This document shows positions 22,002 through 33,234 of a DNA stretch of 64,000 nt, one piece after another. The notes below the pieces were generated by a model that searched no databases, had not been told where the DNA came from, and worked only from the letters and a program-made list of their open reading frames with translations. The translations under genes and the position numbers were made by a program. How positions within the stretch are numbered: position 1 is the first letter of the stretch; each line of letters starts with the position of its first letter. The stretch lies in assembly GCA_030704615.1 (NCBI GenBank), contig CM060733.1:76260001-76324000 (forward strand), written 5' to 3'. Source of the DNA: Takakia lepidozioides. Lineage: Eukaryota; Plantae; Bryophyta.

Positions 22002-25000
22002 AATGCCGAAGGGGAGGAAGCAGATGCGTCTACAGGAGGAGATTGCCATCTCCGAGTAGCAGGCCACTCAGGCAACCCAGCCACCAGTGAGAGCTCCATG
22101 CGATCGGGCTGCGCGCAGCTGATCGAGCACCGAACCCCCCATTTTGCTTCTGTAATTCTTAGACTGAATGCTAGGAGACTTGAATGCAGAACATGTTTGC
22201 ATGCCTAACAGGAAAGGTGGACGTGCTGGAGGGATCGCAGGAATCCGAAGAGCCGCAGGAAGAGTCCGAGGAGCTAGCTGCAGCACGTACACCCACCCGA
22301 TCCCCGAGCGCGGGTATTCCTGCCGGGCCTAGCCCTGTGCGATTCAAAGACGCGGCTTTGAAGGGCAAGTTCAAAGCCCCAGAGATCGACTCGCGTTCTT
22401 CGGTCATGGAGAATCGCCAGCAGGGGTCGGGCCCTTCTCCAGCAAAGTCGAAGAAGAAGCAGCCCGTCCCTCTACTGGCTTCTGAACCGGCTCAGGCCGA
22501 TTCACCCCCCCCCAACGCGAATGAAGCAGCAGGGTAAAAGACAGATTCAATTGCAGCAGACACCTTCACCTGCAAGGATGAGGAAGCAGAAGGCAATCAG
22601 GGCAACGGCCGAACAATCTCCCGCAAAACGCTTCCACGAGCTGAAGCTCAGTTCCTGGAGGATTTCCCGCCTGCAGATGTTGGGGCCGACTCTGCTGCAG
22701 CGAAGGCAATGGGATCGACCGTTGATCTCGATTTGGTACCGGAGGAGGGTGCTGCCGCTCAACGTTCGCAGCAAGACCTCACCCCTGATGAGCAAGCAGG
22801 CCCGGAGGAGGCCTCTGCAATGGCAGAATTGCCCGCAGACAGGCCCCAGAGTGCAGCTCCAGTTGAGGATGCTCCAGCTGCTCAGCCACTACCGGCACCT
22901 ACAAACATGTCTCCGGAGGATTTCAAAGTGCAGCGGATAAAATGTTGGAGGAGACACACAGTAGCATTGGCAGAGTTCTGGGCAGCAGGGTATTCCAGCG
23001 GACTCTTCGAATCCCACTCTGTCGCATGGTCTCCCTTCCCATCGTCAGGCAGGCCCTTCCCGGAGATGTGGATAAGCTCAAGTTCGCATTTCGAGAAGGG
23101 TACCGTCTGGGATCGGCAGCGTTTTACGTTCCATTGAGAATGAGGACGGCGAAACTCGTGGACCCACTGCCGATGAATTGTCAACGTGGGATACCCACTG
23201 GCACACTCGCAACAACGAATTCGAGGCGACGCTGAAGGGTGATCCAGACTTCGGCCATATGTCTGGTAAAATGTTCTTTGTGTGGGACGGGAATCACCGA
23301 CTTCTCGCCTGGTGGGAGTACATCAAGCAGAACCATGCCAAGCACATTGGCTGGCATTACATGGTGGAGTGTGTCATCCTGAAGGTGAAGGCGGCAGACT
23401 CCTCCCTGCTCAAGAATGCCATGGCGGACCTCAACTCATAAGATAGTCATACCCTCCCTAGCACGTTCGAAATGCGGTGCCGCATTTCGGTTTCCATTCT
23501 GGTTTGTTTCCGTGCTTCCGTGTACTGAACTGGAGAGTGTGCCTTGCAGGGTCACTGAGAATGCGTACGTGCATACCCACATGGCACATATGCTGTACAG
23601 GGTGAGGAAAACTGGTCTCACTGATCCGCAGATGTTTGCGGAAATGCTGGAGCCCGAGCTCATTCAGAAAGCCGTTGCAAAAACAGACCGGACATGGTAT
23701 CGTCTCACTATGGATGGAATGGTGGAGGTGATATACAAAGTAAGTCGTCCTCCAATTTCCCTCTGCTCATCCTTCCCCAATTTCCAGTAATGTTTCCACA
23801 TGAATCGAATGTAACGCTTCTGCATGTTTTTGTTGGCAGTCAAACATCAAGCTGGATTTGGCCCATGCCAAACGCTTCTTCATGGAAAGTGAGGGGCAGG
23901 TCAAAACGTTGCAGTCATTGACTGAGCACTTGAAGGAAGCCGGTGTCAAGTCCAGAACCAAATACAAGTCAAAGCTTGTGAAGCTGGTGGCAATTGCAGA
24001 TCCGGCACTTGGACAGGACTTCATCCCCGAGATTGCAAAACACTATTCTCGGGCCATGCAGCCGACCATGCAATTGGAGAAACTGCATCACCTCTCAACG
24101 GCATGTGTGGAGGCGAAAGAGAAGGTGAGGTTTCAATGCACTGAAGTTCCTTCCTAGCAATAGCCACTCTCTTCCAGCTCCTGACATTGGATCGGAAATG
24201 GCAGACACGGTGGCTGTCGATCTGGAATGCATCTGAGAGCATAAGGACAATGTGGTCTTTTCCACTGGAAGTTTCCGACCCTGCAGTGGATGTGTGGCTC
24301 AACCGTATGACTTGGTGGTTCCAGGTAATTCAAGGTACTTCCCCAGATTTGCTTTTCTGAAATGAATTCCCTGAACTGCTACGTGACAATGCATTTGGGA
24401 ATCGCAGGTAATGTCGAATGCGAAGGAGCAAGTCGTAATGCACACAAATTCGTTCGGCTTGTACGTCAAATGGGATGGAACACAGACATTGGAAGACTAC
24501 GTGACACGTTTCAGATGTGCGTACAAGGACAACCTTTTCGCCAGAGAGCTACAGACAGCAAGAAGGAGCGTGGAGTTTACACATCAGGAGGGAGCGGGGA
24601 AAGCTGCAATGCGAATTGTTTACAGGTGAAGCACAGCTGCCCTTGTATGCGAAGCCTGGTTACGAGTTTTGTCTCGGAAATGCGGCACCGCATTCGCATT
24701 TTATGTTTTCGGTGGCACTCTGCGAGTAGGTTGGTCTCAACTTTTGCTCACGCATGCTGACTGCCTTGCAGGTATATGAAATACGTGCTCCTTCAGACAG
24801 GGGCCCTGGCTCAAGAGCCCCCGTTCTTCATGGCTTGGACCGTGGCGGGCCCAAGCTGTGTCTACACACCCGAGATGCAGAAACAATGGCATCCCGCGCA
24901 TCTCGTTGGATGCCCGTGGTACCTGGACATGTCTGGCGGTATTGTTGACGAGTCTTAGAAAGATCTGCATGCCTTGGCAGAAGAGAAGAGAAAGGAAAGA

Positions 25001-26553
25001 CGTGTCCCTGCTGGGCCAAAGTCGGCAAAGGAATCTGCTGCTCTGGAAGAATCCAGAAAGGCAGCTGAGATGGCACAAAAGACGGTGGATGCAGCTGCGC
25101 AGGCCCAACAGAAGGGGTCGAAGAAGAGGACTCGCCAGCAAGGAGCAGCTGTTGTGACACCCGCCAAAACGAAGAAGCAGAAACAGCCTGTTCAGGAAGA
25201 GGGTGAGGAAGAGGACTCCGATGGAGACTTTGCAACCAGCCCACCCCCCCAAACGCAGGCTGCCTCCCCTGTGCCCACCGTTGTCACGAGAGGCACGAGA
25301 ACTGGCTCGGCAAAGAAGGCACTCTTCAACCCCCCAGGGGGGCACCCTTTCGAGCCGGTGGAAATGAAGAGGCCGAAAGTGGCTCCCGAAACAGTAGTCC
25401 AGTGTGTAAATGAGAGTTTCTTGGCGGCTTTGGATGGACGGGCAGCCAAGTTGGCATACATGAAGACCATGGAGGGTCTGAAGGGCAGAGCACTGAAGAA
25501 GGCGACTGCCAAAGAGCCTTCCGACACCCCAGGATTTCAGAATATGGTCTCGTTCTTTGAGAGGGTGTGTGCAGAAAAGGATTGTAGGAGGGGCGGAAAT
25601 GCCACCGAGTGGTCTTGCGATATGATCATCTTGGATATTCCGGACGGAGAGCCTGTGGAAGGACTGCAAGCTTTGCCATCTTGGAACAGGTACTCGGAGG
25701 ACTTTTGGAAGAAAGGATTCGGGCTTGCCCGCATGGTGTTGGACGACAGAGGCTGTGTGGTTGTCCTGGCGAGCAGAGGAAAAAACACTCAGACAGGAAT
25801 TGCGAAGTGGACCCGCAAGAGCGCCGTCCCGATTCTGAAAAAGAAGTGGACGTGCATCAACACACTGGGCCTTCGGTCGGAAGGGAAGAAGGTGATTACG
25901 ACACTGGCACTCGTCCATTCATTTGCTTGGGTGTTTTCAAATGCGGTGCCGCATTCGGTTTCTAATCGTTCCCCCCTGTGTATGCAGACGAAGCAGTTCG
26001 ATGCATACTGCTTTGTGAAGGAGAACTCCACCTTTGCTTTCCGGAAGGAGGGAGGAAAGGTTGACCCGAACTGCGACCCCTCGATTACGACGTTCTGTTC
26101 AACAACGTTCCCAAGGAACTTCTCCCTCATAGCCTCACTTCAACGGAACCCCTGCGGTACTCACGGACTCGGAGCCCTGCCTTCATTCAGACAATTATGG
26201 AGACATGCACAGACGTGGAGGGCACAGTGCTCCACCTCATCTGTGGGATAGGTATGCAGAATCTTGATCTATGCTGTTCTGCAAATTCTCGTTAGGATGT
26301 AGTTTGCAACATCTGAAGCGCCATGTGGTATTGGGTGGATGGCATTGTAACAGGTGCCTCAATGTAGGCTGGGCGGTTTTCCGACCGGCACCTCTTTGCC
26401 TACGAGGAGGATTCATCCGTGTGGGGATCCCATCTGGAAGGGCTGCAACGGAATGTTAAGGCTCCCGACAGAGCGGAAGTCTCCTCGGATTCGTCGGAGT
26501 CCGAGGAAGACACAGTGGACATTGATGCGGAGGAGAACCCGGAATACGAGTGA
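22002..26553 (+). pseudogene. Multi-exon gene: low-complexity N-terminus + ParB/Srx-like domain + helical region + beta-class N4C/N6A DNA methyltransferase-like domain
   Basis: IPLCRMVSLPIVRQAL..KLKFAFREGY and FFVWDGNHRLLA (23286-23309); CDMIILDIPDG (25619-25648); RSPAFIQTIMETCTDVEGTVLHLICGIG-ASM*AGRFSDRHLFAYEED (26170-26412); about 8 introns; several stops and frameshifts. Confidence 0.72.
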
Positions 26554-26622
26554 GTGCAAACATTGTAAGTTTGCAAAGCCTTCTGGGTCATTTATGTCAA
26601 ACGAATTTCCCGACTGTGGTTC

Positions 26623-26757
26623 TCATGTGAGCAGCGTGCAGAGTTGTTCAAGAGAGTCATGCCCATGGCTTTCGAGAACCTTGCCATTGCACAACACCGT
26701 GATACGTTGAGGTATGCTACCATACGTGGTGGGGGCTATCGTCCTGGGGTTCGGAGG
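26623..26757 (+). mobile_element. Short family C integrase fragment, inverted relative to the adjacent gag-PR
   Basis: Near-identical to the reverse complement of 18340-18472 (EQRAELFK..AIAQHRDTLRYATIRGGG). Confidence 0.85.
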
Positions 26758-26759
26758 CG

Positions 26760-29510
26760 CAGCTGTAAAAGTGGCTAGTGTTGGCATCTTGCCCCGCTGG
26801 GCAGCCGCAATACCCCTATGAATGTCACAGGGAGCTGTGCACGGCGACCATCCCCTGACTGCCATCCAGGCCTGTAGGATGCTGACTCTTTCCAGAAGTC
26901 CATGGTGAAGCCCATGGGATATAACACTGCCCCACCAACGAGGACATCGTAAGAGACCGCTTCTGTCACAATGGCCTTGGCTCGCATCACTGAGCCATCT
27001 ACAGGATGATCCGGCTGCAGTCTAATGGCCAACTGATGCCGTGTCATGCCCCGAGCCTACTCTGATCCTCCCAAAGATGTCTGTATCTGGAAAGGACAAG
27101 GCTCCATATCCGCCTCCATGAGGCCCAAACCTGCGATAGCAGCTCTGCCCAACATCAGTGGCTGAGCTCCCGAGTCCAACAAGACCCGAAGTGGCCGGTA
27201 CTTCTTGCCTGCCGGTCCACTCAAAGTGAAAATGCCTCCCTGGTTGTCTAACAAGACAACTGCAGGTGTCACCATGGCGGGCTCAAAGGCTGGCCTAGCT
27301 GGCAGCTCCGTCAATCTGGCAGCTGCAGCTTGCCATGGCGCAGCCGTGGCAGTCTTGACCCTCAAATCCGAGGATCCCTATTCCATTACACCTTCCACTA
27401 ACTCCGTAGAAGATGAAGTGACCTCCCCACTCTCACAGAGTGTTGCTGCTAGTCTGAACACTGCAGGTGGTCTTACCCCCGGCGTCGCAATCATGGTTGC
27501 CGAGAACAGTGGGGCTTGACACACAGAGGTGGCTGCCCCCAATAACACACCGGCTGCACTAGTCTTGGTAGCAGGTGTCAGTGCTGCACGTGTAGCTTTC
27601 CCCAATGGCATAGAAACCTCCGCCTCGGTAACAGTCGGGCGAGAGCTAGGTGCCATGGATGGCGTTGACACTGTCTCCGCCAAGGTGAATGACTGAGGCA
27701 GCCTCGCTTGACGGCTTGCCTCCCCACGTTGTGGATCCAACTCCACCTCTGCACCTCGTGGCTCAGGAACTCGTGCTGCTCCTCGAGTCACGACTGCGGC
27801 AGACTCCACCTGCTCTAGTGGTAGTGCTGCTCCGCACATGAATCCCATGCCTCCCATATCTCCTCCCTCAGGAGCAGGAGGTGGACCATCCCGCCTAGGA
27901 GCCGGTACCGCCTGAGCTATAGCCATGGCAGCGAGCCTCTGCTCTAGCTGCTGAAGCCGATTGGCCATGCCTTGGTCAACACCTTGACCTCCGCGTCCTT
28001 GGCCATGTGGAGCTTGCCCTTGGCCTGCACCTCGTGCCCGACCACCTCGTCCTCTTTGGGCTGGTCCACCTCGCCCCCGGCCACCATTATTCCCTTGGAA
28101 CTGGCCTGGGCGCAACTCGGGATGCAAGTCATAACACTGGGCATCTCCATGCCCATACTTGCCGCAATGCCCACACTGCAACTGTGCAGGCTGTGCTTGT
28201 GCCGGCCTTTTGCCACTCTCTGGGCAATCTCTCTTGACATGGGGTCCTCCACATGTCCAACATATCACCCCTGGTTGCTGTTGGCCTGCAAAAGATGCCA
28301 CGGGCCTCTGCACCTGAGGTCCCCTATAAGCTCCATGGAACTTGGGCTGGGCAACCTTGCCCCCCTGACCACGCTGTGGGGCAGTCCCTTGTGCCTATGG
28401 GCTGACAGCTGTGCCCCGTGCAGGCATGTCCTTGCCAAATCCAATTGTAACAACTCGCTCCTCCACCATGTTGAGCTCAATCCGCTCAGCCAGCAGAAAC
28501 ACATCTGCTAATGTGGGTTGGGCTGCTTGTAACAGGGTTGCATCTCGCACCCTTCTCTTGAGCTCCTTGTCCAGAATTCCATACCAAAACTGGATTGCAT
28601 GACCCATTGGGTCACACTTATCAAGCGCCTGATACGAGTGTACGCCTCTTGCAGGCTCTCACTGGGTTTGCGCTGGAAGTCTTGCAAACTTCGTAGCTTC
28701 TCTGTCCGTACACCTTGGTAGTTCCTCCGCAACTCCTGGAAGAACTCTACCACTGGGTTGAATCTAGGCACATGTGTTGTAGTCGTGGCAGGAGGAGTAG
28801 TAGCACCTTTTGAACTGGTACCACCTGCAGAAGTACCGGCACTACTTGCTCCACTACTAGTGCTGGCAGTGGGAGATATTGGTACTGATGCAGCTACTGG
28901 TCGCGTCGTGCCTCGAGTAATGGAGACGTAGTCAGGTGACCAATACATCCTCCACTCCTCAATCTCTGCTTCATGTCCTCGCCTGAACTCGTGGTAATCG
29001 TCCATAGGCGGGCCTTCCAAATGCTGGAACAGTCCCTTCCACGCCATGAATGGGGTGAATAGTTGTGGGTTGCGCATCTGCTGCAAATCACACCAGCTGT
29101 CGAACTCCTGGATAAAGTCATCCAACTCGATTGTGCCCACAGCTCCAGAGTACCTACGAGGCCCCTTGGTAGCTCCATACATCTCCTCCATGTCGTCCCA
29201 CAACAATGGCGAATGAAACTGCACACCTGTTGATGAAGCCTCCGAGTCTGTGTCTGACTCTGCACTAGTTGAGGGTGGAGATGAAGGTGGTCTGAAACGA
29301 ACACCTCGTCTGGTGAACCCACTCTCACTGCTACTGCCTGTAGCCGTACTCCCCTCAGAACCCCTGGGTAACTCCGTGATGACACTCACAATGTGCACCT
29401 CCCCCACGTGACACTATAAGGCTCTATTACTAATTCTAATAGTGACACGGGTAGGCACCTGTTGCAGTTTAAGGGTCATATCCCAGTGGCTCAGGGCACC
29501 TGCACCTGCA
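26760..29510 (-). mobile_element. Ty3/Gypsy gag-protease fragment (probably family C)
   Basis: Capsid-like RYSGAVGTIELDDF, knuckles CWTCGGPHVKRDC and CGHCGKYGHGDAQC, protease VLLDSGAQP..YDVLVG; frameshifted. Confidence 0.85.
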
Positions 29511-32091
29511 TCCACCGCAAGAACTCCTATGGTTGGCTGGTCATCAACCTAGCCTCACCATAGAAGAAACACTGGTGGTCTTACTGGTCGTCACTCTAGC
29601 CTCACCACCGACAGCATGCTCTAGGATTGACCGGTGATCAAATCCGGCCTAATCCCTATGAAAGCAAGCGCCCACACAAAACCAACATGGCGCACAGTCA
29701 AGCATGCAGGTGTTGGGGGATCCAAACACAAGAAATCAAAACATCAACACCCCCACACCAAAATCCAGCTGCAATGTTGATCCTGTAGAATATCCCAGCC
29801 CAAAACCCCGGACTGACTGGCCTCCACCAAGAGAGGCTTTGGCAACTACAAGTACAAGGTAATGAAAATAGTACAGAGATGGAGGAGAAGAATAGAAGCC
29901 CGACCAAGCAAGATCTAATCCTGATCTATACTATCAACTGCTAGACTTCTCTCAAAGTGCCTCGCTCTGCATGATGGTAAGGTGTAGGAGGTATATCTAT
30001 GTCCAGAAACCTGCCACTAACCTTGTCCCAAGCTACAGTAGCTCGCTCTAACCAACCCTCCTCCTCTTTCTGCCAGGTAGAGACAAAGCAACACTCTGCT
30101 ATCTCCCGCTCACTGAACACTAAAGAAAACAAAGATAGGGTCTGATAGTCTCTCAACTCAAAAGCTTTGAGACGGTTGCGGGTGTCCTCATTGCGAATGA
30201 TTGCATCTCCTTCAAACAGAACAAACTTGTCCTCGCTAATGAACCCCCGCTCGTGGTTGCCTTGTGCAGAGTGTGTCCGGCTGCAACGCTGTCTGATTGC
30301 ACAAACTTGTGTAGCTCCTGCTCCTCTACTCCAGCACACCACGGCCTTGTGGCTGAACACCTTGGTCCCCGGGGCTGTCTTTGGCTATGTTCCAAGCCTA
30401 GCTTTCACCCACTTTGGTATTTCACCTACAGCTGCAGAATTGCTGGCTCCAACAGAGTTCTGACTGTCCAAGGCGATATTGAGGCTCTCAACGCCAACTA
30501 CAGCAGTTTGTTGTCCACTGCTAATGCCTGACTCCCATTATGCAATCAACTCGTCCAACTGTTCTCCACTCAAATCAGTCTGAGTTCCTTGGGAAACATA
30601 AATCTTGTCCCCTTGTGTGCACAGGCTAAGAGAAGAGACCTGCCCTTCAACGATGTCCTCATTTCCCCCAGCCATACAAGGAGTACATCCACGAGATTTG
30701 TCTCTCATATAGACCAGCACAAGTTCTAGAAACAGGATTGTGGATCTTTCATGGCACACTCACACTCTAAAAATTCCATAGATTTTTAGCAGAGTCCCAA
30801 AAACAAAAACCAGGTCTAGATAGGTAGATTTCCCCTTTCTGCAGCTATCCCCTCAAAAACTGAGTCAAACGGAGCTCATTTGACAAAGATATGACCAACC
30901 AGGCTCTTTAAACATAACATTTTTTTAAAATAAATAAAATAAATAAATAAGACAAAACAAATACAAGGAAAACTCTTTTTTTCAATACTTGTCTTGGTTC
31001 CCTGTTCCTTGGTTCCCTGTTCCTGTATATGTGCCCAAAGTTCTAAATTGGTACCAGAGGCTCTTAGGTATTGTTCATATTCGACTGGCAGCACTCATCT
31101 CTGTGGCGAACGCAGCCCGCCAGTCTCTCGCATGCAATCCTGTCAGCTCAACTTGAGCAACAGATCGTTCTCGTGCAGGCACCGTGGCAGCTCCAAAACT
31201 ATGGGTGGCCTAGGAAGACGATGTCTCCTCACTTAATGAGAACGTTGAGTGCAAAAGGATAATGGTATAACAGACAGCTGAAAGCGGCTCACAGTAAGGC
31301 CGGGGAGGCTATCTTTTGGCAAAGAAATTCAAACGTTCATGCACAAACTAGTACCAACCCTGGACGAGTTCCCTGGACGCGTCTAGACTCCCCACCAAGC
31401 ATGCTTGCCCTGCTGGAAAGGGCTGACCCGACCCATACACTTCTTCAAGCACAGAAAGAGAAGGAAAATCCCTTGGTGACGAAGGACTTGGTGCTTGAGG
31501 TGCCTGAAACTGCTTCGATGGGCCTCCCTCAACATTGGTTTGAGCCTCTTCCTTCTCAGCTGCTGCCTGAGTCTGCAAATGCTGCACGCAGCATGCTCCT
31601 AACTCCCACCTTCAATTCTTAGCTTGCATGTCTTACTTTGTCAGTCTCTTGCTTGTTGCTCCCACTGCTGCTAGGCTGGTGATGCATATCTGCAGAGGAC
31701 CAGCCGCTCCCTCCCATGTGTGGAGCACCCCTTCTTGAGTCCATCCCTCATCCATTGTACAGTTCTGATGTCTATATAAGAGGTGGGAAGAGATATGGCT
31801 GGTTGTTCAGGGATAAACAATGTTGCAATGAGGCAGCTGCAAGCTGCCAAATCAAAGACTTAGAAGGCCATCAGCTCCTTTGGTTGTGCCCTGTTTTTTT
31901 CACGCTCAAGCTCTCTCTGAATGGTCTCTTCCTGAGCTGACAGTGCCCAACCTGTCGACTTCTCCACATTCTCTTTCACATCTCTACCGTCAGGTTGCTC
32001 TACCAAGACATCGCCGCTCCCGCTTCTTCCTGTTCTTAACAACGTCCTCTGCCTCTTTCAATTTTCAGCTTCTCTTCCTCTCTCGTGAGAG

Positions 32092-32436
32092 ATTTGCAAT
32101 CCAGTGGGTTCTCCCAAATATTTTGCAACTTCCCATTGTCATTTCCGCTGGGAACTGAACCATTCTCAGAGATCCATTTGTCTCGAATGCTTTCAAGTAG
32201 AGCTCGGCTGGACGGTTCTCATTCTGCACCTTCACATACCAGCATTGTAGCGGCTTGCGTGCAAAGTGTAGCCTCATACTCTGATAAGCCTGTCTTGAGA
32301 CACCAACGTAATATAGAATCTTTTCCTCATAAAAAATGGCATACACACTTGCCTTCGAGTCAGGTTTGCTGCAATTTGCAATCGTACCCTCCTCAGTCAA
32401 GAATGCTACGAACTTGAGATCACTCAAAGATAAAGC
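32092..32436 (-). pseudogene. Intronless fragment of a GIY-YIG domain protein (cyanobacterial / GRXS16-N-terminal type)
   Basis: SVYAIF..LYYVGVSRQ..SMRLHFARKP..C..VKV; after a 1-bp frameshift RPSRALLESIRDKWISENGSVPSGN..IWENPLDCK. Confidence 0.75.
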
Positions 32437-33234
32437 GTTGCCACCCACTTGTGCCTGTCGCCTTCGCAGTGCATCTTGCTTCCGCCTATATTCTTCTTGT
32501 GCCTGGAATGTGAGCTGCCGTGTTTGTCTTGGTGTTCATCGGCTGCTGCCAGTTTTTTTACTTCCACGTCCTCCATTATCCGAATTTTGTTGTCTGCTTT
32601 CCCATCTAGATCCATGTACTCCGCAGCTTTCATCTTCTCCTTGATTTGCCTTGTGTACTCCAAAGCCTCTGGTGACTTGGTAGCTTCAGCGACTGCAACA
32701 ACAGTGACGGCTCCGGCATCGTCATCCTCCAGGCGTTTCAGGGCACGCTGAATATTGTGGTCACATTCAATGATATGCTTCTCAAACTAAGCACTACTTA
32801 CACACAAGTAATCTTGCAAGTGCTAACCCTCAACTCCTACCTTGCACTCACAGGTAAGAGATCATCTCTCTCGAGTGATAGAAAGCTTGAAAGACACACA
32901 CTCTCAACACAAGAAATATGAAATCCATCGCTATCACTCTTTAAAATAGAAGTCGAGCTAGGGGCACCCCAAGCTATGGGGACTCCACCCCACAACAACC
33001 TACACTCCCATCATAAGCACACTCAGATCCAAACGCATGAAGGAGCTCGGTTGCGCAGGCTCAACTCGAGAGAGATGAGCTGCGCGACTGCCGCTCTCGT
33101 GAAGATAAGACGGGAGGTGTCAAACTAAACTTGACACCTGATTTAACACTTGACCTAAATCCAAGTGTTAAATACAAATCACTAGCTTTATTCTAGCTAG
33201 TTTCACACTGTGCTTATTTAACTTGACACCCCAC

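Noticed and set aside
24737-25918. 393-aa minus-strand ORF
   Set aside because: Antisense to the long exon of the ParB-MTase gene; no recognisable motifs.
29941-31700. Short ORFs between the Gypsy fragments
   Set aside because: Interrupted by stops and no family motif recognised; left unassigned.
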